DNA of 64,000 bases. Source: an uncultured virus (IMG/VR IMGVR_UViG_3300030104_003662). Its lineage: Duplodnaviria; Heunggongvirae; Uroviricota; Caudoviricetes. Positions 16,500-25,203 of the stretch are shown here, one piece after another; position 1 is the stretch's first letter, and each line of letters starts with the position of its first letter. The notes under the pieces are model-generated. The model did no database searches. It saw only the letters and a list, made by a program, of their open reading frames with translations, and was not told the DNA's origin. The position numbers and the translations under genes are program-made. Location: the IMG/VR virus record IMGVR_UViG_3300030104_003662, positions 1 to 64,000 of that record. The stretch is one strand, 5' to 3'.

Positions 16500-18616
16500 T
16501 GTTTAGAGTTCACCAACCTGCCCATAGTTATTTCAAAAAGCAAGCCAAGACTTACGGCTCAGGTATTTTTCTAAAGGCTTATCTTGAGTCAATGGATATT
16601 CGCAAGAGTGGTTTGTTACATTATCGAGTAGGTGGTGAAAATAACAGAGGGTTTGTTCACTCATGGGCACCCGAAGATGCAATTAATCCTGACCCAAATG
16701 AACCCGACCACCCTCCTTGGTCGCATAATCCTCAAACTGGGCAGTTGATAAATAATCAAGACGGTACTGCCTTTGGTCATCACCCGATTGATTATGTGCA
16801 CAAGGACTTGTCTGAAAAATACGGACCTGAATCTGCTACTCAACTTATCAACAATGCTATTGACAGATATAATATGAAACACCCTCGTGATACAAATCAT
16901 GGTTTGCCTCCATTTGAAAGTCCTGAATGGAGAAAAACATTTGCCGGTGATTACATCGACCCTAAGACTCCCGCCGAGGAAAGGCAAATTAGAGGCGACA
17001 CCCCTCTTTACGAAGGAGGACCTAGACCTTTAGTTACATATTCAATGAACATGGGAAATGTAGACCCTGAAACCGGCGCAGACCAAGGTTCTTGGATTGA
17101 TGGTGGGCACATTCATTTTCACAAAGAGATTGGAGAAGAATTAGCAGCAGCAGGTGTACCACCAAATGAGTACAAAAGGTTACCTTATGTTAAGTACTCT
17201 GTACTCAAGCCTAACTATTTAACAAATGATTTGGTGGTATCTTGGAACAAAACAGACGCAGCAAAGGCTGGACTGAGTGGTACTTCTCCTGATAATTATT
17301 TACATCCCGAAGTTAGAAGTCAGTTAGATGCTAAAAGAACTCACGGTGACATACATGCTCATCAAGTCGCTCATCTTTTACCTGATGTATTTTATCACGG
17401 TGCTACTGGTAGTGGTGGAGGTAGACCAAAGGGAGGTGAAGAGGACCCTGTTTCTGCTGGTGAACAACTAGCAAGTGTTATGCAACAAGCAGGTGTTAGT
17501 ACAGAAGGCTATTCTCCCGAAGAGTTAAACCAAATGGCTGGTACAATGGCTATGAAGTTATTTTTTAGTCGAACTCATAACCTAGAAGGTAGTGGCGGAG
17601 GTGCTGTTAAAACTGCTATTAATAACGCCTTTAGAGAATTAGGTAGTCATCATACTGATGAAGAATATAAATTACACCGCTCTAATGCTAAAGCCGCTGT
17701 TTCTACCGAAGGTCCTTCTTATCATAAAACTGCTAATATCAGAGCAGCCGATATTGTCGGTCATTTGAGTAACCTTGCAGGTAAGTATATGCAACAAGGT
17801 ATGAGTGAAGAACAGGCACTTGAGCAAGCGGCTACTAATTTAAGAGCGCACGAAAGTCAAAAGTCAAGATACGCTCCGGTAGAAGGACTGCGTGAAAAAA
17901 CAGAAGACCTAATTGGTAGAATTATGGGGGCACAAGGTCATGAAAAGTTTAATCTTGGCTCAGTTCCTACTGAGCATATTGCTGGTGGTTTGCCACACGG
18001 TTTTGGCGAAACCCATACAGAAGTACCTGAGCACTGGCAAAAAAGAATCGTAGGTACTAGTGACCTAGCACCTGCTTCTAATGCTCGTAGAGAAATGCCA
18101 GTTCCTCAAGGAGAAAAAGTAGCAGTCGGTCCTCTTGCACCTGCACCTGCACCTGCACCTGCTGCACCTATGCCTCAACAAGTAATGCCTACTCCTACAG
18201 CAGCAGCCCCTGCTGCTTATCCTACAAGACCTGCCGCTCCTTTTGAAGAACAATACTTCGGTAATAGGTTAGGAATGGACCCTAGGCAACAATTCTTTGA
18301 CATTGGCTCCGGTGCTTTGGTACAGCGCTCAGATGATATTTTGGTTAATTTAGACGAAATACGCAAAAAAATTGAGTTAGTTCAGATAATGGATGCTCGC
18401 CAAGATAAAGATATTACAAAGATGATACCTAACCGTGCGCTTTCAATTGATTCTTATTGGGATGTACAAGACATTGCTAAAAGCCTCGGCCTCACCGGAG
18501 TAGATGTGCACGGTCTTTATCAAAGCCAAGGTGATTGGTACAAAGTTGCTGACGAATGGAGTGTTAAACCTGAGATAGTAAAGGCTGTTAAAGTCGCATT
18601 TGGAGGTGTATTCTGA
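16499..18616 (+). CDS. Hypothetical virion-associated protein (705 aa)
   Basis: Long ORF coupled to its neighbours; Pro/Ala linker with (GCACCT)x4 at 18137-18160; IFLK-A and DIRK-S sites near the N-terminus. Confidence 0.7.
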   Translation: MFRVHQPAHSYFKKQAKTYGSGIFLKAYLESMDIRKSGLLHYRVGGENNRGFVHSWAPEDAINPDPNEPDHPPWSHNPQTGQLINNQDGTAFGHHPIDYVHKDLSEKYGPESATQLINNAIDRYNMKHPRDTNHGLPPFESPEWRKTFAGDYIDPKTPAEERQIRGDTPLYEGGPRPLVTYSMNMGNVDPETGADQGSWIDGGHIHFHKEIGEELAAAGVPPNEYKRLPYVKYSVLKPNYLTNDLVVSWNKTDAAKAGLSGTSPDNYLHPEVRSQLDAKRTHGDIHAHQVAHLLPDVFYHGATGSGGGRPKGGEEDPVSAGEQLASVMQQAGVSTEGYSPEELNQMAGTMAMKLFFSRTHNLEGSGGGAVKTAINNAFRELGSHHTDEEYKLHRSNAKAAVSTEGPSYHKTANIRAADIVGHLSNLAGKYMQQGMSEEQALEQAATNLRAHESQKSRYAPVEGLREKTEDLIGRIMGAQGHEKFNLGSVPTEHIAGGLPHGFGETHTEVPEHWQKRIVGTSDLAPASNARREMPVPQGEKVAVGPLAPAPAPAPAAPMPQQVMPTPTAAAPAAYPTRPAAPFEEQYFGNRLGMDPRQQFFDIGSGALVQRSDDILVNLDEIRKKIELVQIMDARQDKDITKMIPNRALSIDSYWDVQDIAKSLGLTGVDVHGLYQSQGDWYKVADEWSVKPEIVKAVKVAFGGVF

Positions 18617-19401
18617 TGGGTAAAGTACTCGTTAAAGGAATAGGTGCACAGTATCCAGCAAGTGGCGGGCCTCCGATTATGGTAGCCAGTGGTGGTGGAA
18701 ATGAAAAAGCAAGAGGTAAAACTTTTAGAGAAAAACTAGGCGGCATGGCAGGTGGTGTCCTCGGTGCCCTTGGTTCTTTAGCGGGTCAGCATCGTAGTTT
18801 GGGAGGCTTGGCTCAGTCAGCGATTTCAGGCGGAGTTCAAGGTAAACAACTTGGGCAAGGTCTAGGTCGCTCTACCGTAACTAGAGAAGGTCAAGCAAGA
18901 GCAAACATACGAGAGGATAATAGACAAAAAGTAGCAGTACGGAATGCTAAACTTGCAGAACAGGCCCGCTCAAGAGGGCAAGGTCCTATGAGTAGGTTTA
19001 ATCCAATAGACTGGGTGCGTCGTAAAAATACAGCCGTTAAAGATGCAGCAGACGCAAACTTGGTTGCAGTAAATCGTAGAAATAGAAATCCAGTGATTAC
19101 TCCTTACAAGCCACCTGAAAAGGCAACTATACCTTTACCTGATGTACCTAAGCCTCCTGTACCTTTACCGAATACAGTTGCAGTAGAACCTCTAAAAACT
19201 GCTCCGAGTGCTGGAGTAGAAATTGAAGATGCAGAAACTCCAGCAACTTATGGAATAGGCCCGCATAATAACTCTACTACCGAAGGTGAAGTTAGTGACA
19301 ATAATCCAAAACAATTTGATGAGTATTTTGAAGACCCTGACCCAAGTAAGAACTTACCTCAACCAAGTGAAGAACAAAAAAGAGCGATTGAAACTTATTA
19401 G
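18616..19401 (+). CDS. Glycine-zipper protein, putative internal/ejection protein
   Basis: LGGMAGGVLGALGSLAG; VLVK-G at the N-terminus; Pro-rich and acidic tail. Confidence 0.6.
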   Translation: MGKVLVKGIGAQYPASGGPPIMVASGGGNEKARGKTFREKLGGMAGGVLGALGSLAGQHRSLGGLAQSAISGGVQGKQLGQGLGRSTVTREGQARANIREDNRQKVAVRNAKLAEQARSRGQGPMSRFNPIDWVRRKNTAVKDAADANLVAVNRRNRNPVITPYKPPEKATIPLPDVPKPPVPLPNTVAVEPLKTAPSAGVEIEDAETPATYGIGPHNNSTTEGEVSDNNPKQFDEYFEDPDPSKNLPQPSEEQKRAIETY

Positions 19402-19413
19402 GAGTGATGAGAT

Positions 19414-20895
19414 GTGGGAAATGTGGATGAACTCGTCAACGACATTGACATACAAATGTGCAAAAAGTCATTCAAATACTTCTTTACTGAGATTTTACAA
19501 TTCGACTATTCGGACCACCACCAGTGCTGGGAAGAAGGATTAGTAGAAAGTAACAGATATTGTGTAAAGGCAAGTCGTGACCACGGCAAGTCTGTATTTT
19601 TTATGAGTTATGCTCTTTGGATTGCTGCCTTTAATCCTAAAACCCACATTATGATATTCAGTCACAGTTTAGAACAGACCCTTGAACACATGCGGTTTAT
19701 CCGTAATAACATAGAAAGTAGCGATGTTCTTAGGCATTTGAAACCCAGTGGTGGAAAACCTTGGGCTAAGTCTTACTTTGAGTTCACTAACGGTAGCCGT
19801 ATGATGGCTAAGTCCGTTGGTGGAGCAACTCGTGGGTTTCACCCTGATGTAGTTGTATGTGACGATATTCTTTGGGGTACCACTGCTTCTGAATTACAAA
19901 GAGCAGCAGATTGGTTCTATACTGTCTTACTTCCAGTTCTGCACCACACAGGTCGTCTTATGATGGTCGGTACTCCTTTTAGTTACAACGACTTGTATGC
20001 AGAACTGGAAGACAAAGATGCCTTTAGAGTTGAGACATACCCTGCAATAAATGCATTGGGAGAACCTCTTTGGCCTACTAGATGGCCTTTAGATGCACTG
20101 AAAGTTCGTGAACAATCTATGCCAGCGATTAGATTCGCTCGTGAATATCTTTGCGAGCCTATCCACGACATGTCTAGTATGTTTCCTATGTCACTTCTTG
20201 AAAAAGCAAGAGATAGTGAACTGATATTATTAGACAGAGCAGAAGAAGAGTTTGATGAAGAAGGAGAAGCGGCTGGTGTATTTGGTCAGCACTTTATCGG
20301 ATGGGACCCTGCAATTGCATCTGATGCTAATGCTGACTACACTGCTATGACTATACTTAGAACATTGCCGGATAGCGAAGATAAACAAGTCATTTATGCT
20401 TTGAATGAAAAAGGACTAGGCGGTGCTGCTCAAAAGCGACAAATAGTTTTACTGAATAATCGTTTTCAACCTGACTTAATTGAACTTGAAGGTAATAACT
20501 TTCAAAGAATGTTTGCCGCTGAGTTACAAGAGATGAGGGATGATATACCTATCAAGACCTTTATGACAACAAAGCAACGCAAGGAAAGTATGTTTATGTC
20601 ATTATTGATGGCATTTGAGCAAGGTAAGATTAAAACTCCTTGGGGCAATGAACAAAGTAAAGAATATACTCGTACTCTTGAGACTCAACTTAGTCGATTT
20701 GGAATGCAGAAAAACGGCAGACTTGAATCTGTAGGCTCCCATGATGACTTGGCTATGAGCCTAGCACTGGCTAATTGGGCTACCAAAGAGTTCCGAGGAA
20801 ATGTAGTTGCGCTAGATGACTACATGCCCGGATTTGATAGCCTGTTTGGTGAGTCTGAACAAAATAATGTAGCAGGGGCTTGGTTCGTCGCTTGA
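19414..20895 (+). CDS. terL: Terminase large subunit
   Basis: Walker A ASRDHGKS, Walker B VVVCDD, coupling motif GTP, RNase H-like IGWDPA and HDDLAMS. Confidence 0.95.
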   Translation: MGNVDELVNDIDIQMCKKSFKYFFTEILQFDYSDHHQCWEEGLVESNRYCVKASRDHGKSVFFMSYALWIAAFNPKTHIMIFSHSLEQTLEHMRFIRNNIESSDVLRHLKPSGGKPWAKSYFEFTNGSRMMAKSVGGATRGFHPDVVVCDDILWGTTASELQRAADWFYTVLLPVLHHTGRLMMVGTPFSYNDLYAELEDKDAFRVETYPAINALGEPLWPTRWPLDALKVREQSMPAIRFAREYLCEPIHDMSSMFPMSLLEKARDSELILLDRAEEEFDEEGEAAGVFGQHFIGWDPAIASDANADYTAMTILRTLPDSEDKQVIYALNEKGLGGAAQKRQIVLLNNRFQPDLIELEGNNFQRMFAAELQEMRDDIPIKTFMTTKQRKESMFMSLLMAFEQGKIKTPWGNEQSKEYTRTLETQLSRFGMQKNGRLESVGSHDDLAMSLALANWATKEFRGNVVALDDYMPGFDSLFGESEQNNVAGAWFVA

Positions 20896-20933
20896 TAGCA
20901 AGTGTTTTATGACACCAAAAAGGGGAGACAATC

Positions 20934-22241
20934 ATGTGGGCATCATTAGGGGTAGGAGAACCAGTCCAAAGTTTGGATATGGGCAATGATGTTTTGTCTA
21001 TAATTGCCTCTAGTTTAACCAGTCATCCTCTTGTAGATTCTAACATTGCTAAGTCTATTGCATCTCAGACTGTTATTATCAAAGAAGATGACATTCCACA
21101 AGTGACATATGCTCCATTCTGCCCTACCGGTGACAGTTGGTTCGACTCATCTCTTGGAAAAAGTGCAAGTGATGTTATCAAAGAACTTAGAAAAGCCCGT
21201 AGAGTTATGAAAGATTCTAAAAACGATATTGACAAAATGATTACTGCTGTTAGAAATCTAAAGGCACTAGAGACCGAGGCTACATTAGCCAAATTAGATT
21301 GGGCTTCTTCTTATGAAGATACTATTAGAAGCATAGGTCTTGACGACAAGTCACTTAAGTCGCTTAGATTATTCGGTAATAGTCGAGAAAATAGTCTAAT
21401 TAGAGCATGTAATACTTGGGAAAATGCAGAAAGCACACTTAAAACACTTGATGAGTTTCAAGATGTATGGGGCGATGAAGAGAGGCAGTCTTGGGTTAAT
21501 GCCATGCAAATGCGTAAAGATGCTCGTAAAATGTGGAAAAACACTCTCAATCAATTTGACAATCTAAGCAAAGAACAGCAAAAGTGGCTTAATATGGCTA
21601 AGGCTGAGATAGAAGAACATGGTTCAATAAACGCAAGAGGAATAACTGAAAACTTGATTCACAAAGGCGTACCTCGCTTGAATGTAAATAGAATAGCAAA
21701 GTTACTCAAAATGTATGGTGAAGAGATTAACATTATCAAAGCGCCTCGTAAAGGTGAATATATGACTCTAAACCGTACTGGGCTTATCATCAAAGACCCT
21801 TGGGCTTATGCAGCAGGGTTCCTTGATGCTGACGGTTACATTACTATTACAGAAAGAGGAGAGCCTCGTGCAGGTTTTATTGCTACAGGCGATAGAGGTC
21901 GTATGCACTGTGAACAACTTCACAAAAACATAGGTGCAGGTAAGTTACAGTTAGACCAAAAAGTGTACAAAGACGGGCAGCGTAGCCAGCACCGTGTTAG
22001 TTTTTATTCCAAAGATGACTTGACTAAGTTATTGAAAAAAATTACTCCACACCTAAGAATGAAAGATATGCAAGCCAAAGCGGTTGCTGCTTTCATAAAT
22101 GAAAAGGACCCTATGCGTAAAACAGAACTAAAGAGATTTGTTCAATTCTCTAACAGAGAAGGTACTAGAAAAGCAGAAGAGTCTTTGAAAGATTGGGGAG
22201 TGGATAAAGATACGGTCATGAGTTGGTCGGAGGGATTATGA
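20934..22241 (+). CDS. Helical/wHTH protein with C-terminal LAGLIDADG endonuclease domain
   Basis: WAYAAGFLDADGYITI ... LTKLLKKITPHLRMKDMQAKAV; own TTTTAT box ending 24 nt upstream. Confidence 0.8.
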   Translation: MWASLGVGEPVQSLDMGNDVLSIIASSLTSHPLVDSNIAKSIASQTVIIKEDDIPQVTYAPFCPTGDSWFDSSLGKSASDVIKELRKARRVMKDSKNDIDKMITAVRNLKALETEATLAKLDWASSYEDTIRSIGLDDKSLKSLRLFGNSRENSLIRACNTWENAESTLKTLDEFQDVWGDEERQSWVNAMQMRKDARKMWKNTLNQFDNLSKEQQKWLNMAKAEIEEHGSINARGITENLIHKGVPRLNVNRIAKLLKMYGEEINIIKAPRKGEYMTLNRTGLIIKDPWAYAAGFLDADGYITITERGEPRAGFIATGDRGRMHCEQLHKNIGAGKLQLDQKVYKDGQRSQHRVSFYSKDDLTKLLKKITPHLRMKDMQAKAVAAFINEKDPMRKTELKRFVQFSNREGTRKAEESLKDWGVDKDTVMSWSEGL

Positions 22242-22242
22242 T

Positions 22243-24009
22243 ATGGCAGAGCAAAAAAGCAGAGTAGGTCGAATACTAGAATCAATTACAAATCCATTCA
22301 GAAGAAGAAGAACTCCTGAGCCGCAAATGCCGCTTTGGACTACAGGTATTCAAGAGCCAGTTCTTGTACAAGGTATTACAATCCCTGCTTTGTATGCAGT
22401 TGCTAATGAAAATCTGATTCTCCGTACAGTTTTGACTACTCTTCAACAAGAGATATTCCGCAGAGGTTATTATTGGGAAAAGAAGTTTGTAAAAAAATGC
22501 ATTAATTGTGACGCTGAGTACCAACACGAAGTTGATGTTTGTAAAAAATGTGGTAATTCTGAGTTAGTAGAACCTGATGTTAATCAATTAGTATACCCTC
22601 GCTGGTTACTTGAGCAGAGAAACTCAATGGAACAGACCTTTATGGATGTTCTTAGAGAAATCGAATATGACTTGAACATTACTGATGACGCATTCCTTGT
22701 ACTTATCAAAGAATACTACATGGACCCTGATACTAACGAACTGATGTTTTACAGAGTCAAAGAGATACTTAGAGGAGACCCTATCTTTATGCGTATAATT
22801 GCTGATAAAAGAGGAGTTCGTGGTGGTAGATTTAGAGTATGTCCGGTTCATAGAGACCAAGTTAGGTCTTATAGTGAAGAGGAAAAGACTTGTCAAACAT
22901 GTGGTCATGACTTAGAAGATGTACATCATGTCAATACTGCTGGCTCAGGAAAAACTCAATACTACCTTAAGGGAGAAGTAATACATGTAAGTAAGTACCA
23001 ACCTTCTAAGTTATACGGTCGCTCGCCTGTTTCTACACTTTGGCGACAGGCTATGACTTTAACTGCTATGGATAATTACATGTATACTTCTTATAGCAAG
23101 CGCAGAACTCCTAAAGGTATGATTTCTGTAACGACTGATAACTTAGAATCAATGAAGTCGTTTTTCAAGAGCATGGATGAAAAGTTAGAGCGTGACCCTC
23201 ACTACATCCCTAAGATAGGAATAGAGTCTAATTCCGGTAGAGGCGGTGTCAACTGGGTTAAGTTTATGGATACACTAGAAGAGATGCAGTATATACCTGC
23301 AAGAGATGAAATGAGACAGCGTATCGCTGCATTCTATGGTGTATCAAATGTATTTATGATGGATACTGGAAAGTCCGGCGGCTTAAACAACGAAGGTATG
23401 CAGATTCTTGTTACTAACCGTGCGGTTGAGTTTGGGCACAAGGTATATGCCGAGCATCTATTCCCCCGATTAAATGAAGAGATGGATGTTACAGATTGGA
23501 AAATAACTCTTTATCCGAATGAAGAAGAAGACGAAGTTACCCGATTACGCCGTGATGAGATGGAGGTTAATATCGCGCAGCGTATGATGATGCTAGGTTA
23601 CAAGCCTGACTTAGTAGAAGATTCTGCTAACCGAGATATTCGTTTCATATACAAGCAACCTGACCCTGCCGAAGCCGGGATGCAGCAACCTCCTCCGGGT
23701 GGTATGCCTCCGGGCGGAATGATGCCGGGTATGCAAATGGGTGGAGGAATGGGCACTCCCGGCGCTTTGCCGGGCCGTAACATAAGTCCACAAGGTGCAG
23801 CGCAGATGGCAAGGCAAGCGCAGATGGGTCAACCGGGTGGCGAAGGTATGGGAATACGCACTCCGAGTAGCCCAGCAAGCCCTCAGAACAGAAGCACAAT
23901 GGGTTCAGGCTCTCCTGTTTCCAGTGTGCAACAAAGAGGCATGCCAATGGGCGGAGTTCAACAGGCTTCTCAGAATATATTAGACGCTCGTAATTTTAAG
24001 GGCGCATGA
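22243..24009 (+). CDS. Portal protein
   Basis: EVIHVSKYQPSKLYGRSPV and RQRIAAFYGVSNVFM portal motifs; position after TerL; two Zn-ribbon insertions; PGGM-rich tail. Confidence 0.9.
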   Translation: MAEQKSRVGRILESITNPFRRRRTPEPQMPLWTTGIQEPVLVQGITIPALYAVANENLILRTVLTTLQQEIFRRGYYWEKKFVKKCINCDAEYQHEVDVCKKCGNSELVEPDVNQLVYPRWLLEQRNSMEQTFMDVLREIEYDLNITDDAFLVLIKEYYMDPDTNELMFYRVKEILRGDPIFMRIIADKRGVRGGRFRVCPVHRDQVRSYSEEEKTCQTCGHDLEDVHHVNTAGSGKTQYYLKGEVIHVSKYQPSKLYGRSPVSTLWRQAMTLTAMDNYMYTSYSKRRTPKGMISVTTDNLESMKSFFKSMDEKLERDPHYIPKIGIESNSGRGGVNWVKFMDTLEEMQYIPARDEMRQRIAAFYGVSNVFMMDTGKSGGLNNEGMQILVTNRAVEFGHKVYAEHLFPRLNEEMDVTDWKITLYPNEEEDEVTRLRRDEMEVNIAQRMMMLGYKPDLVEDSANRDIRFIYKQPDPAEAGMQQPPPGGMPPGGMMPGMQMGGGMGTPGALPGRNISPQGAAQMARQAQMGQPGGEGMGIRTPSSPASPQNRSTMGSGSPVSSVQQRGMPMGGVQQASQNILDARNFKGA

Positions 24010-24044
24010 CAAGGTTAAAGTCAAGGGGAGTAGTGGACTGGCGC

Positions 24045-24383
24045 ATGGACTTGTTGAAACTTGACCCAATGGCTAGAAAAATGCGTACTCATATTGATGC
24101 TTTTTACAAAGCGCTAGAAGACAATGATGCTTCAAATGCTCGTCTTAATATCAATGAAATAACAAAGTATGCAGAATACTTATCCAACGATGTAGAAAAG
24201 GCAATCCTAAAGGGAGAATCTAACCCAACGGGAGTCAACGATGTTTATGCTGGCGGTGTACCAGTCATGCGTTACAATAACATTGAAAAGATTCACCCTT
24301 CTTCTAATGATGTCTTACCGGGCACCATTAGAACTAATCGCATCGGCTCAATAATGAGAAAGCAAAGTAACCGCACTCTTTGA
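24045..24383 (+). CDS. Hypothetical head-associated protein
   Basis: GTTAAA box ends 26 nt before ATG 24045 (MDLLK-L); internal AILK-G. Confidence 0.65.
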   Translation: MDLLKLDPMARKMRTHIDAFYKALEDNDASNARLNINEITKYAEYLSNDVEKAILKGESNPTGVNDVYAGGVPVMRYNNIEKIHPSSNDVLPGTIRTNRIGSIMRKQSNRTL

Positions 24384-24392
24384 GGTGATTAG

Positions 24393-24767
24393 ATGACAGA
24401 CGAGGGGGAAACTAACACCGCAGAAAAACTAATGGGCGCGCTCATTAGTAAAATGGAAAACATGGATAATAGTATTCAATTAATCAAAGCAGAGAATAAA
24501 CAATTAAAATCTATGCTCAATAACCCAATGACTTTGCTAAAAAAGGCAGGTTTTGTAAGAGCAAGTAACAGTGCACCCGAAGATTTGATGCCTGATGAGT
24601 TTAGAGGAAACTCTGATGAAATGATAATCAAGGGTGAAGACGGGCATGAAATATCAGTACCTACAAACAACGCCGATTTCCATACTATGGAATGGGCCGA
24701 TATTCATGCACTTGCTGATAAGGCTAAAAGTGTAGGTGCGATTGGAAATAACATTGGAATGGATTGA
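24393..24767 (+). CDS. Scaffold-like protein (coiled coil plus C-terminal motif shared with the protease-scaffold)
   Basis: ISVPTNNADFHTMEWADIHALA compared with VEIPSTEELGNMNWDEVHALA at the end of 30688..32064. Confidence 0.65.
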   Translation: MTDEGETNTAEKLMGALISKMENMDNSIQLIKAENKQLKSMLNNPMTLLKKAGFVRASNSAPEDLMPDEFRGNSDEMIIKGEDGHEISVPTNNADFHTMEWADIHALADKAKSVGAIGNNIGMD

Positions 24768-24771
24768 TAAT

Positions 24772-25188
24772 ATGAAACCAAGATACGAACCTCGTGATGA
24801 AGAATATGACAGTTTGCTAAAAGAAGCAAAAGAATTAGAGGAAAGGCTTACCAAGGCTGTACCTGATTATGCTAATCAAAAAGAAGGCTCTACACAAGGA
24901 GTTGAAAGATTTGAAACACAACCGGGTAAAGTTCCTAATGTATTTTACAATACAAACAATGTTATACCCGAAGTAGAAGATGTCAAAAACGCAGGTGCAA
25001 CCTCAGAAAAAAGTAACATACTTGACAAGCCTACTCAATATCCTGACGCAATGGATGATACAGGTTATCGTATTAACGAAAAAGGCGGTAGTACTCCAAT
25101 TCAGAAATCGCTAGGCGGCTCCGAGGAAAAACTAAACCTACAAGACATAAAGAAATCTGCACAGCGACTTGACCGCCATTTTAACTAA
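24772..25188 (+). CDS. Hypothetical head-associated protein
   Basis: ORF 24736..25188, start moved to ATG 24772; LTK-A and IQK-S sites. Confidence 0.65.
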   Translation: MKPRYEPRDEEYDSLLKEAKELEERLTKAVPDYANQKEGSTQGVERFETQPGKVPNVFYNTNNVIPEVEDVKNAGATSEKSNILDKPTQYPDAMDDTGYRINEKGGSTPIQKSLGGSEEKLNLQDIKKSAQRLDRHFN

Positions 25189-25203
25189 TCGGCGGGTGAT
25201 GGT

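Noticed and set aside
18137..18160. (GCACCT)x4 microsatellite as a phase-variation switch
   Set aside because: The unit is 6 bp and in frame, simply encoding an Ala-Pro linker.
19414..22241. Intein or intron in the terminase associated with the LAGLIDADG domain
   Set aside because: TerL is complete and of normal length. The LAGLIDADG ORF is separate and lacks intein splice residues.
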